64,000 nt of DNA from an uncultured Candidatus Saccharibacteria bacterium (GCA_964490125.1 CAZBAJ010000003.1:33941-97940); one strand, 5' to 3'. Shown: positions 27,891 through 36,677, counted from the stretch's first letter. Made by a program: numbers and translations. The notes: generated by a model from the letters alone, not told the origin.

Positions 27891-30802
27891 GCGTGTTGGG
27901 TTTGGGGTTTGACCAGTTTTGCCAAGTCAAAAACCACCGTTATCAAAAAGGAAAGACCTAAAACCAAGAGCCAGCTTTTGTATCCAACGGGCACAGTCTC
28001 AAAAAAGATGTTTAGTGGTGTGTAGACAATAATTATGGTGGCCACTAGCGAGGCAGAAGTCGCCCAAACCAAAGGCCTATTTACTAATGGTGAGCGACTC
28101 AATGTGGGTTTTCTAAACGACCTAAAAGTAAAAGCGGTTATAATTTCTAGACAGATTAGAGCAATAAGGGTAGTAGTTGCGGAGACTCCTGCGTCGTGCC
28201 CCCAAAAATTAAAGCTAAAATACTGGGCGACTAATGTCCCTAAACCCATAAGCGCGCCAGCAAATATCAAGGTAGAAACTGTAAAGCGGTTAATAATGCC
28301 ACTTTTAGCGCGGGGTTTGGCAAGCATAATATCGGGCGAGGTGGGGTTAAAACCAAGCATTATGGCGGGAAGGGAATCGGTGACCAGGTTCATAAACAGA
28401 ATTTGCAGTGCGGTAATTATGGGAATTTGCCAGCCAAACGATGGGGCAAGTAAAACGCCAAAAAACAAAACTAAAAGTTCGGCAAAGTTACACGCTAATT
28501 GGTACGACACAAATTTTTGGATATTATTAAAGACTCCGCGACCCTCCCTAACTGCGGAGATAATGGTAGCAAAATTATCGTCCTTTAAGGTTATGTCAGC
28601 GGTAGCGCGGGAGACATCCGTACCGTTTTTGCCCATGGCAATGCCCACATGCGCCTCTTTTAGCGCGGGTGCGTCATTAACGCCGTCTCCGGTCATGGCA
28701 ACAATATGACCCAGTTCTTTTAACGCTTTAACAATGCGGATTTTGTGTTCCGGACGCACCCGCGCAAAAACCACCGTCGATTCTACAATAAGTCGCAAAC
28801 CTTCGTCCGTTAAGTCGTCAATATCCGCGCCTTCCAAAGCCTTACCCTCAAGCCCAATTTTTCTACCAACCGAAATTGCCGTCTCAATATTGTCGCCCGT
28901 AATCATTTTTACTGTAATACCAGCCGTTTTTGCCGTTTGCACTGCCTGTTTAACTTCTTCCCGCGGAGGATCCTCCAGAGCCAGTAGTCCCAAAAATACC
29001 AAGTCAGACTCTAATTCTGCCAGCTCTTTTTTTACCAAATCCTGCGAGTTTAGCTCGTCAGCTGGTTTGTGTGTAAGTCGACCAAAAAGTCGTGCTAACA
29101 AAGAGTTGTGCGGATGATTTTCTACCGGATGCGGTCCCACTTTTTTATACGCCAGCGCCAAGGTTCGGTAAGCTTGACCGGACGCCTCATTTACCAAAGT
29201 TTTTATACTTTCTTTGGTTGACTCTGTGAGGGCAACTTCCTGTCCATCTTTTGCTATAAACGCGCTTTTTTCCAGTAGGACTTCCGGCGCGCCCTTGGAA
29301 AATACTATTACGCCGTCCGCACGACTTTCCTGGTCTTTTACCGCCACCGACATCATTTTTCTTTCGGAACTAAAGGGAAGTTCTTCCAGTCGAGCGGTGT
29401 CGATGTCCTCCTTGTATAGTCCCGCTTTGCCGGCTAAAACCAGGAGTGCGCCTTCGGTGGGGGAGCCGGTAACTTTAATGTCGGAGTTTTGTTCGGTGGC
29501 TTGTATTTTGGCGTCGTTACAAATGACGGCGCAGGTAAGTAGGCGTTTTAATTCGGGCGACATTGTAAGGTCGGCGACATACCTTCCCTCGCTAGGTCCT
29601 CGTCCGCCAAGGCGGACTGCGGAAGCGCTCGGGTAAGGTATGTCTGCCGACCCGCCATTGCCAAGGAAGGAGGCGTCAAGCCTTCTCACTTGGTCCTCCC
29701 CCGCTGTGGCGGGGTGCGGTGATCGTTCGAAGGACTTCTCGCCTCCTTTTTCATCGATATTCCCTCGTCGTACTATGTCCCCGTCTAAACTAAAACCCGC
29801 TCCACCTACATCATAAATATCGTTCCCACAATAAATTTGCTTAACAGTCATTTGACCCGTGGTAATAGTCCCTGTTTTGTCGCTACAAATTACCGTCACC
29901 TCACCCAGAGTTTCTATAACGCCCATCCTATTAACAATGGCGTTTTGTTTTGCCATTCGGCCCGCTCCTACCGCTAAAGTAGTAGTTAGTACCACGGGCA
30001 AGCCCTCCGGAAAGGAAGAAACAGAAAGCGCTACCACCAAAATTAAAATGCCTGTCATGTTTTCCCAATCCAAAGACGGATTCCGCACAAACATCAGAGC
30101 TCCAGTCGCTAAAGCCATCGTTAAACCAACTGCCACTGTATACTTCCCAATGGCGTTTACCTTTTTTTGCAAAGTTAACTCTTTTTCCGCACCGGAAATT
30201 AGGGATGCAATTTTGCCAAATTTGGTTGACATGCCGGTCTGCACAACGCGCGCTACACAGTGTCCACCCACAATAAATGAGCCCATATAAATCTCATCGT
30301 TTACAAACTTTTCTACCTCTTTAGCCTCTCCCGTTAAAACAGACTCGTTTACTAACAGCGATTTCTGGTCCAAAATCTCACAGTCAGCCGGCACTTTTTC
30401 TCCAGTTCGCAAAATTACAACGTCATCTGGTACTAAATATGTACTTTCCACCTTCTGTTCTTTGTCGTCCCTAATGACCGTGGAAAACTGGGTCAACATA
30501 TTTTTTAGCGCCTCCGTAGCCTTTTCTGCCTTGTATTCCTGAATAAAACCAAAGACCACTACTACAATTACTACTGCTATAAGTGCGTAGGTAGTTTCTA
30601 TTTTTCCCACAGCAAAAGAAATTATGGACGACACTGCAAGCAGATAAATTATAAAATTGCCTCTAATTTGTCGGAGTAAAATTTTAAGGGGACTTGCTTT
30701 GTTTGACTCTTTTATCTGGTTTAAACCGTATTTTTCTAGGCGACTTTGCGCTTCGCGCTGATTAAGTCCAACAAAACTTTGGGGCATGGATTTATTATAC
30801 AC
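27887..30802 (-). CDS. P-type cation-transporting ATPase (type II, Ca2+-ATPase-like)
   Basis: 'ICSDKTGTITTG' phosphorylation motif, 'MTGDGVNDAPALK' hinge motif and 'TGES'-like actuator region. 971 aa. It contains an in-frame GC-rich low-complexity insertion in the N domain (see repeats at 29573-29730). Confidence 0.9.
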   Translation of the reverse strand: MYNKSMPQSFVGLNQREAQSRLEKYGLNQIKESNKASPLKILLRQIRGNFIIYLLAVSSIISFAVGKIETTYALIAVVIVVVVFGFIQEYKAEKATEALKNMLTQFSTVIRDDKEQKVESTYLVPDDVVILRTGEKVPADCEILDQKSLLVNESVLTGEAKEVEKFVNDEIYMGSFIVGGHCVARVVQTGMSTKFGKIASLISGAEKELTLQKKVNAIGKYTVAVGLTMALATGALMFVRNPSLDWENMTGILILVVALSVSSFPEGLPVVLTTTLAVGAGRMAKQNAIVNRMGVIETLGEVTVICSDKTGTITTGQMTVKQIYCGNDIYDVGGAGFSLDGDIVRRGNIDEKGGEKSFERSPHPATAGEDQVRRLDASFLGNGGSADIPYPSASAVRLGGRGPSEGRYVADLTMSPELKRLLTCAVICNDAKIQATEQNSDIKVTGSPTEGALLVLAGKAGLYKEDIDTARLEELPFSSERKMMSVAVKDQESRADGVIVFSKGAPEVLLEKSAFIAKDGQEVALTESTKESIKTLVNEASGQAYRTLALAYKKVGPHPVENHPHNSLLARLFGRLTHKPADELNSQDLVKKELAELESDLVFLGLLALEDPPREEVKQAVQTAKTAGITVKMITGDNIETAISVGRKIGLEGKALEGADIDDLTDEGLRLIVESTVVFARVRPEHKIRIVKALKELGHIVAMTGDGVNDAPALKEAHVGIAMGKNGTDVSRATADITLKDDNFATIISAVREGRGVFNNIQKFVSYQLACNFAELLVLFFGVLLAPSFGWQIPIITALQILFMNLVTDSLPAIMLGFNPTSPDIMLAKPRAKSGIINRFTVSTLIFAGALMGLGTLVAQYFSFNFWGHDAGVSATTTLIALICLEIITAFTFRSFRKPTLSRSPLVNRPLVWATSASLVATIIIVYTPLNIFFETVPVGYKSWLLVLGLSFLITVVFDLAKLVKPQTQHA
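29573..29730. repeat. Two adjacent GC-rich palindromic mini-elements inside the P-type ATPase coding sequence (in frame)
   Basis: Element 1 spans about 29573-29648. Its outer inverted repeat is cgacataccttccc / gggtaaggtatgtc and its core hairpin is gtccgccAAggcggac. Element 2 spans about 29690-29730 with core hairpin cccccgcTGTGgcgggg. The two cores match the two elements near mnmA (gtccgccATGggcggac and cccccgccAGTggcggggg). GC is well above background. Confidence 0.5.
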
Positions 30803-31194
30803 AACCTGTACCGAAAACCGCCCTTAAGTAGTATTTTGTTTATAATGTACCTATGGTTAATAACAAATCTCTAATTTTGTCGCGCGCATCAGAAGCAGAA
30901 TGGTTGGAAGCAAGTAAAGCCGTACTCGGCATGTGGAAAAATAGACGGGATATGCGAGATTCGGTTGCTTGGGTGAGAAAAATTAGAAAAAACACAAGTT
31001 CTAAATCTGTGTCCTAGTATAAACGGCAATGCCGTGCTTCTGCCACAAACTTAAATTCCTTTAGATTCCCACAGGCTTGCTAACGGAGTGCCTAGGTTTT
31101 TTTGCATAACATTCAAAAGCTCAAGGGCGCGTCTTCTACCCTCTCTCCTCACAGGCACAGGTTACATAAGGTTTTTGCCAATTAATACTGTATC

Positions 31195-31884
31195 TCACGA
31201 ACGAGCCACTAAGCTCTTAAAGTCGTCGATGATTTCTTCTGCACGCCTAGTTTGAGCGCGCCACTCGCCTCCCGCTTCCATAAAGGTACTTACCTCATTG
31301 GCTACTTTTTTGCAACCATCTAACATGTCTTCAGCTAATTTGGGATTTGCAGACACTTCTTCCCTTGCCTTCTTTACGAACAAAGAAGCTACGGCTAGAG
31401 TATCGGAACGGATGCCGTCCGTGCTTGCCTGTCGTTCCGTCATCTGATTATTTTCAACTAAGCTCTCAATCCCAAGTTTATAAGCACGCATTTTAATGTA
31501 GGCCTCCCGTGCTAGTATTGGATCGTCCACAGTTCCCAGATATATTGCTGCAGTTAAGCGGTTTTGCCCATCGTACTGGAAACCAAGATCATCTGGATCA
31601 AAACTCTCAGTAGACTCTTTGTAATTGATTTCGTCCATGACCATGCCTCTGTAATCCAAAAGATCCGCTGATAATACCGTACTTGCTTCGCGTAAGATGC
31701 TTTGTAGCCTGTTGTTACAGGCGACAAGATCTTTCTCTGGGTTGAGTTCAACGGCTTGTCCCAGTGTATACCTACCGTTTGCAAGGACTAGCGCTCTAAA
31801 AGAGGCATCTTCCATGGCTTCTTTATGTTCTACTGTCCGCGCCTCATCAAATACATTAGTTGGATAGCTGTCATTTTTTTTCAT
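31195..31884 (-). CDS. ParB/Srx-superfamily (DUF262-like) protein
   Basis: 'FQYDGQNRLTAAIYLG' closely matches the DGQQRLT hallmark of DUF262/ParB-like nuclease domains. No DUF1524/HNH part is present. 229 aa. Confidence 0.4.
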   Translation of the reverse strand: MKKNDSYPTNVFDEARTVEHKEAMEDASFRALVLANGRYTLGQAVELNPEKDLVACNNRLQSILREASTVLSADLLDYRGMVMDEINYKESTESFDPDDLGFQYDGQNRLTAAIYLGTVDDPILAREAYIKMRAYKLGIESLVENNQMTERQASTDGIRSDTLAVASLFVKKAREEVSANPKLAEDMLDGCKKVANEVSTFMEAGGEWRAQTRRAEEIIDDFKSLVARS

Positions 31885-31917
31885 ACTGTAGTATCCTTTC
31901 CGACTTTCTAAGTCAAA

Positions 31918-32466
31918 CTATAATAAAAAGAACGACAAAATTAACACACCCAAAAGTATAGCAGAGTACATCACCAGACCTTTTTTGTCCGGCTTATTTT
32001 TAAAAGCCCAAAACCAGTCGTCCGAATTTTTATACTCCAAATGCTGCTCCGCAAGTCGATACATTGAGTTCACAAAGGCGGAAATTACCAAAGCTTTAGC
32101 AAAATTGCTGGCTGTGGAAGAAACCACCAAAACACTTGCTCCACCCAAAACCAGTTGAAAAATGGCGCTATTTAAAGTCTTTTCTTTTAAGTCGTTCTTA
32201 TGATAATAAATGTAGCTAGCTAGTCCTTTAATATCCTTGTGATGAAAGTAGCCCTGCACGCTTTTACCAAACTCACTTGCGGGTTCCAAAAAGTAGGCGT
32301 GAATAATGTAATCCAAGTCCAAAAAGAACGACCCTATAAGCGCGCCCAGTAAGACAAAGGTAATTTGGACGGGATTTTTTTGGACGGTAAGAGCCAGAAT
32401 TGCCACGGAAACAAAAACTGCCAAAAGGAGCGGGAATTTGTACAGGTCTAAAAGTTTTTTGAGCAT
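31918..32466 (-). CDS. Hypothetical membrane protein (4-5 transmembrane helices)
   Basis: 182 aa hydrophobic ORF directly upstream of, and co-directional with, the ParB-like gene. Confidence 0.4.
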   Translation of the reverse strand: MLKKLLDLYKFPLLLAVFVSVAILALTVQKNPVQITFVLLGALIGSFFLDLDYIIHAYFLEPASEFGKSVQGYFHHKDIKGLASYIYYHKNDLKEKTLNSAIFQLVLGGASVLVVSSTASNFAKALVISAFVNSMYRLAEQHLEYKNSDDWFWAFKNKPDKKGLVMYSAILLGVLILSFFLL

Positions 32467-32492
32467 TAATTGATATATTAGGGCAAACTGAT

Positions 32493-33230
32493 TTGTTTGT
32501 CATCTTTTCCCGAGTAACTTATACTCTAATTATGTTTTTTCAAAGATTGAGGCATGGTGGCACTGATTTAAGTGGTTTGGTCCAAGTAGGTACAGTTAGA
32601 GAACTACAAACTCAAGAGCTTACTGATAAGGAGCGAGGAATGTTAGGTTGTTTTGACCTTGCCGTCCGACAGGAATTTTTTGAGCGGATTCACGAGTCTC
32701 CATTAGGAATTAGATTGGCTAAAGAGGTTGGCTTACGAATGAAGGTTTACGATAAAGACCCTAACAAGCCTGTAGCTCTTTCAAAAATCGCTCACAGTGC
32801 GACTGTAGATACAGTAGATATTTTACCAATGGAATCATCCCACTCCGATCTTAGAAGTCTGACAGATCCCTATATAATGGATAAAAATGGGGTTTTGTGT
32901 GTTGAAGCGTCAATGCTTGCGGAAGTGGCAGAGCATCTTGCTTATGGTTGGTCGGGTGATAGACCGGATTATACAGGCTATACTCAGGAAGTGTTTCTTA
33001 AGACAATGGGAATAGATGGTAAGGCAGGCTACCACATGGTGTTAAAATCGGTCTTCTCGGTTGAAGATGGTCGTCAAGTTTCAAGATTTTCAGATCCAAT
33101 TAATGGTCTAGAGGATAGCTGGGAAGCGTTGGTAGATGGAGAGGCTTATCTCGATTTTGAGGCTAGACCTACAGACATAGTAGGTTTTTCGGAACCCATC
33201 AAATTTTTATGGTACCCCCCTCGGTCGTAA
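32493..33230 (+). CDS. Hypothetical protein
   Basis: 245 aa ORF with no recognised motif. The start could be an internal Met. Confidence 0.35.
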   Translation: MFVIFSRVTYTLIMFFQRLRHGGTDLSGLVQVGTVRELQTQELTDKERGMLGCFDLAVRQEFFERIHESPLGIRLAKEVGLRMKVYDKDPNKPVALSKIAHSATVDTVDILPMESSHSDLRSLTDPYIMDKNGVLCVEASMLAEVAEHLAYGWSGDRPDYTGYTQEVFLKTMGIDGKAGYHMVLKSVFSVEDGRQVSRFSDPINGLEDSWEALVDGEAYLDFEARPTDIVGFSEPIKFLWYPPRS

Positions 33231-33507
33231 GCGGAGTTTGACTTTTCTGTCGTGCGGTTCGTAATTCCTTTAACTTCCACATAAACAGCTTGCCCAGCCC
33301 CAATTTTTTGTCGGTATCCAAAACAAACGCTAGGGAAGCGTCCAAAAGCTTCCGATCCTCCTCTTTGGCAAGTTTTATGTACAGGGTGCGATGTTTAGCG
33401 TCGTACAGTTTTTCTGCCAGCATATTGCCGTACGCCTGATATTCGTGCTTGTTTCTAAAGTCGGCAATAACGCCTTTATCTTTTAAAATGTCGGAAATTG
33501 ACTGCAT
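33199..33507 (-). CDS. Small hypothetical protein (102 aa), translationally coupled to the DUF4870 gene
   Basis: Its ATG overlaps the DUF4870 stop as TAATG. It is the C-terminal portion of the listed ORF 33199-33999; the N-terminal part of that ORF is rejected as an alternate-frame overlap. Confidence 0.35.
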   Translation of the reverse strand: MQSISDILKDKGVIADFRNKHEYQAYGNMLAEKLYDAKHRTLYIKLAKEEDRKLLDASLAFVLDTDKKLGLGKLFMWKLKELRTARQKSQTPLTTEGGTIKI

Positions 33508-33914
33508 TATTTGTAGACTTGGTCGTGGGCTATTTTTCCCACAAAAGGTAATTGATATTCCTCTTTGTTGTAAGCCTTCCACATTAGAAAAAACCACAGG
33601 GCAACCCCTGCAACAGTAATTATGGGCGACAAAATAAGTCCAATTAAAATTATGTAAAGACTTGCAGCAATGGTGGATGCTCCGTACCAAACAAGTCCAA
33701 AAATTATGGATTGAAAAGCGTGAAACCGCACAAATTTGTTTTCCTTTTCCGTGAGAAGCACCACTATGCCCATAATTAAGGGTATTGCGTAAGCCAGCGC
33801 TCCTAGTACATTTGGTTCCAGTTGGGGTTTGGTTGACGATACTGTCGACGCAGTTTCCGATTTGTGGGTACTTGTTTGATCGGCCTTTGGCTCTGCGGGT
33901 TGGTTTTCTTCCAT
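33507..33914 (-). CDS. DUF4870-family membrane protein
   Basis: 'TEKENKFVRFHAFQSIIFGLVW' and 'WKAYNKEEYQLPFVGKIA' are hallmark DUF4870 motifs. Preferred over the overlapping alternate-frame ORF. Confidence 0.6.
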   Translation of the reverse strand: MEENQPAEPKADQTSTHKSETASTVSSTKPQLEPNVLGALAYAIPLIMGIVVLLTEKENKFVRFHAFQSIIFGLVWYGASTIAASLYIILIGLILSPIITVAGVALWFFLMWKAYNKEEYQLPFVGKIAHDQVYK

Positions 33915-34018
33915 AGGATGAGTATAACATATTTGGGGATACAGAATCGTTATGGGTATGTTGATTCTCCAGACCGATTTTGCTATAAAGATGATACAAA
34001 TTATCCTGCCCTACTATT

Positions 34019-34330
34019 ATGCCAAGTTTAATCGTAAGACCGAGGGTATCGGATTTTTTGAATAAGCTAGAAAATAGCGCTTACGCTAAATCCTTGCGTC
34101 TATTAACATTGTTGAATAAATATCGTTACGAACTTAGAGAACCCTATACCAAAAAGATCACAGGAAATATCTACGAGCTAAGAATAAAGGGAAAACAAGA
34201 AGTTAGGCTTTTCTACGGTTACAGAAATAACGATATTATTATTGTTAGCGGATTTGTCAAAAAGACTCAAAAAATTCCGTCGACTGAGATAGACAAGGCA
34301 GAAAGAGAGTTTGCAGGCCTTGACATATAA
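34019..34330 (+). CDS. RelE/ParE-superfamily toxin, Gp49/HigB-like (DUF891)
   Basis: 'ITGNIYELRIKGKQEVRLFYGYRNNDIIIVSGFVKKTQKIPSTEIDKA' matches the Gp49-like toxin pattern. It is followed by an XRE antitoxin gene. Confidence 0.65.
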   Translation: MPSLIVRPRVSDFLNKLENSAYAKSLRLLTLLNKYRYELREPYTKKITGNIYELRIKGKQEVRLFYGYRNNDIIIVSGFVKKTQKIPSTEIDKAEREFAGLDI

Positions 34331-34354
34331 CATATATGTAATACAATTCCTGTT

Positions 34355-34648
34355 ATGGACGGTATGACACTAAATCAATTAATGGAAGAGGCCTTTAAAG
34401 ATCCTGAAGTTAAGGCTGAATATGACAGGCTTGAGCCCGAGTTTGCCATAATAGAGGCTACAATTATGAAGAGGCTAGAAAAGAAAATGACTCAAAAGGC
34501 GCTCGCTCAAAAATTACATACCAAACAAAGCGCCATTTCCAGGTTTGAGTCGGGTTTGTACAATCCTTCGATCAAGTTTTTAAGTAAGGTTGCTAAGGCG
34601 CTTGATTACAAGGTAGATGTTACTTTTAGTCCCTTAAATCCGGTTTAA
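34355..34648 (+). CDS. XRE-family HTH antitoxin (HigA-like)
   Basis: 'MTQKALAQKLHTKQSAISRFESG' is an HTH_XRE motif. 97 aa, immediately downstream of the toxin. Confidence 0.65.
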   Translation: MDGMTLNQLMEEAFKDPEVKAEYDRLEPEFAIIEATIMKRLEKKMTQKALAQKLHTKQSAISRFESGLYNPSIKFLSKVAKALDYKVDVTFSPLNPV

Positions 34649-34651
34649 AAT

Positions 34652-35383
34652 ATGTCGGACTTTGCCATCCAAAATTTGCACAAAGAACTAATCAGTGAAT
34701 TTGTTAGGTACGACAGCAAGAAGACGGGGCATTTTAACCTGTCGACCTACTTAGGTACTCAAAACAAGCTGTACCACCTAAATAGCGCTCAGGAAAAGCA
34801 AATCGCTAAGGATTTTTTAAGTCGTTATGCAGAAATTACACAGGAGCAATTTTTGGACTTGCTTAACGCGCTTTACGCGGGCGAGTCTTTTAACGAGAGG
34901 ACTTTTGGCACCAAGTTGTTAGCCTACAGAAAGCCGTTTAAGGGGCTTTTTACGCCACAGCGGGTTTATGGTTGGCTTGGCGGACTTTCCGGCTGGTGTG
35001 AGGTTGATTCACTTTGTCAAAGTACTTTTGCCGCTCAAGATTTGTTGGGCGACTGGGGGGATTGGTGCAAAATGCTGACTAAAATGTCGTGCGACAAGAA
35101 TATTTCCCGTAGGCGGGCAAGCTTAGTGCTGCTGTGTAAATCCGTTAGGGGCAGTTCCGATCAACGACTGGGGGATGTGGCTTTTGCAAATTTAGACCGA
35201 CTTAAGGGGGAAAAAGACATCTTAGTTTCTAAAGCCGCTTCTTGGTTGTTGCGGGACTTAATCAAACACCACCGTCTCCGCGTTATAGATTTTATAGCTA
35301 CATATCGGGATGTTTTGCCTAAATTCGTCGTAAGAGAAGTGGAAAACAAACTTAAATTCGGCAAAAAGTCCATAAAGAGGTAA
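34652..35383 (+). CDS. DNA alkylation repair enzyme-like (AlkC/AlkD HEAT-like repeat family)
   Basis: About 240 aa helical-repeat protein. Pattern 'GWLGGLSGWCEVDSLCQ...W...RRASLVLL' is consistent with the DNA_alkylation family. The call is from pattern memory only. Confidence 0.45.
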   Translation: MSDFAIQNLHKELISEFVRYDSKKTGHFNLSTYLGTQNKLYHLNSAQEKQIAKDFLSRYAEITQEQFLDLLNALYAGESFNERTFGTKLLAYRKPFKGLFTPQRVYGWLGGLSGWCEVDSLCQSTFAAQDLLGDWGDWCKMLTKMSCDKNISRRRASLVLLCKSVRGSSDQRLGDVAFANLDRLKGEKDILVSKAASWLLRDLIKHHRLRVIDFIATYRDVLPKFVVREVENKLKFGKKSIKR

Positions 35384-35384
35384 C
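35290..35384 (+). repeat. Direct repeat copy A (3' end of the alkD-like gene)
   Basis: gattttatagc...tcgtaagagaagtggaaaacaaacttaaattcggcaaaaagtccataaagagg. It recurs at 36562-36662 with the distal 52 bp about 88% identical. Confidence 0.6.
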
Positions 35385-35429
35385 TAATAATGAGTGGTTG
35401 GCAATAGATTTATGTGGTAAAATCGCGTC

Positions 35430-35654
35430 GTGATGGACATTAAAGCCAATTTTTATCGCACATACGCAAATTTACCAATGGGGGTTAGAAGCGAGATTAT
35501 TGCAGTAGTGGACGGTAATCCTTTAACATGGAATTCTCTAAGAATAGAAGTCGATAACGATACTCCCATAGCTAAAAAAGCACTGGAAAACATGGTTCAA
35601 ATGGAAATTTTACGAGAGGAGAAAAAGACCGATGTTACAGAAAATGCCAAATAA
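35430..35654 (+). CDS. Hypothetical small protein (cassette gene 1)
   Basis: 74 aa. Preceded by TGgTAAAAT (an extended -10) at 35415-35423. First of three overlapping, coupled ORFs. Confidence 0.35.
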   Translation: MMDIKANFYRTYANLPMGVRSEIIAVVDGNPLTWNSLRIEVDNDTPIAKKALENMVQMEILREEKKTDVTENAK

Positions 35655-35880
35655 TCCAACTAGTCAGAATATAAAGTGTTTAGTAACAGAGCGTATAAAA
35701 ACAATGTCGGGGAATATACACATTCATGTGGGCTCTAACCAAACCTCCCTATCTAAGGAAGAGCTTATTAAAAACATTTCAAATAACACCGAGGTTGGTC
35801 AAAAGCTTATAAAACAGCAGATGGCGTATATTCAAGCTACTGCCTCTGGAGAAATTTACAAACTGCTACAAAATGAATAA
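35644..35880 (+). CDS. Hypothetical small protein (cassette gene 2)
   Basis: Overlaps gene 1 (ATGCCAAATAA) and gene 3 (ATGAATAA), indicating translational coupling. An alternative start is at 35632. Confidence 0.35.
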   Translation: MPNNPTSQNIKCLVTERIKTMSGNIHIHVGSNQTSLSKEELIKNISNNTEVGQKLIKQQMAYIQATASGEIYKLLQNE

Positions 35881-36523
35881 GTCTTTGCTGGTCACGCGCC
35901 CTCGGCACGATGAAACAACCATGTACCTGTATTATTGGGCATCTTTAGTATTGGAGTTTGCAAAGACAAGAACCTTTTCCGTTTACGACTTGGAGGGAGA
36001 AAAGGCGAAGCCAGAATTGTTTAAAAGCTACATCGTTAGAAACAATCCTAGTTTGGTGTTTTTTAACGGCCACGGTAATCCAAAACAGATAGCAGGTCAT
36101 AATAACGAGGTTTTAATTGAAGTTAATAAGAATGAGGATCTTCTTAAAGGGCGCGTTGTCTATGCACTAAGTTGTAGTACCGCTACAGTTTTGGGTAAAA
36201 GCTGCGTAGACTCCGGTGCTAAGGCATACATTGGCTACACAGATGAATATGTTTTTGCGACTAGTGCTGACTGTATCTCCAGACCCCTACAAGATAATTT
36301 AGCAAAAATGTTTCTTGAACCCTCCAATCTTGTAATGACCACATTAATTAAGGGAAATAGCGTTTACGAGGCTTACAGTCGATCGAAAGAAGCGCTATTT
36401 AAGAATTTAAAATTCTCTCTTTCTAGTTTGGCGTCACAGGAGCAAAAGGAAGTTTCGGTATATTTGTGGACGGACATCAATATTTTTAAAGTTTTTGGCG
36501 ACTTAGATTCGGCTATTCTTTAG
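35873..36523 (+). CDS. Hypothetical protein with possible His/Cys dyad (FFNGHG ... YALSCS), possibly a caspase-fold peptidase (cassette gene 3)
   Basis: 216 aa. A hydrophobic strand followed by 'GHG', then a hydrophobic strand followed by 'SC' 34 residues later, loosely resembles the caspase/clostripain-fold His-Cys arrangement. Weak inference only. Confidence 0.4.
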   Translation: MNKSLLVTRPRHDETTMYLYYWASLVLEFAKTRTFSVYDLEGEKAKPELFKSYIVRNNPSLVFFNGHGNPKQIAGHNNEVLIEVNKNEDLLKGRVVYALSCSTATVLGKSCVDSGAKAYIGYTDEYVFATSADCISRPLQDNLAKMFLEPSNLVMTTLIKGNSVYEAYSRSKEALFKNLKFSLSSLASQEQKEVSVYLWTDINIFKVFGDLDSAIL

Positions 36524-36561
36524 GTTTGCGTTGCGATTTATGTACGGTGAAGATTTGCGGT

Positions 36562-36662
36562 TACCAGATGCGGATTTTATAGCCAAAAACCCAGATAATT
36601 ACCAAAGCCTATCGTAAGAGAGGTGGGGAACAAACTTAAATTGGGTAAAAGTCCATAAAGGA
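36562..36662 (+). repeat. Direct repeat copy B (non-coding degenerate duplicate of the alkD-like 3' end)
   Basis: gattttatagcc...atcgtaagagaggtggggaacaaacttaaattgggtaaaagtccataaaggat. An in-frame stop means it is a relic copy. Confidence 0.6.
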
Positions 36663-36677
36663 TGCTAAAATAGTCAA

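Noticed and set aside
28035-30290. Four + strand ORFs (28035-28709, 28734-29117, 29214-29636, 29859-30290) antisense to the P-type ATPase
   Set aside because: The sense-strand gene has unambiguous P-type ATPase motifs along its whole length. The antisense ORFs are Ser/Ala/Pro-rich low-complexity artefacts.
30853-31017. 54 aa ORF (MVNNKSLILSRASEAEWLEASKAVLGMWKNRRDMRDSVAWVRKIRKNTSSKSVS) in the ATPase upstream region
   Set aside because: The C-terminal pattern vaguely recalls small antitoxin-like proteins, but it is short and there is no RBS or conserved motif I can name. It is noted for follow-up rather than annotated.
33508-33999. N-terminal part of the listed ORF 33199-33999 (-)
   Set aside because: It overlaps the DUF4870 gene in a different frame, and DUF4870 has clear family motifs. 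Only the C-terminal 102 aa (33199-33507), which begin at a TAATG overlap with the DUF4870 stop, were kept.
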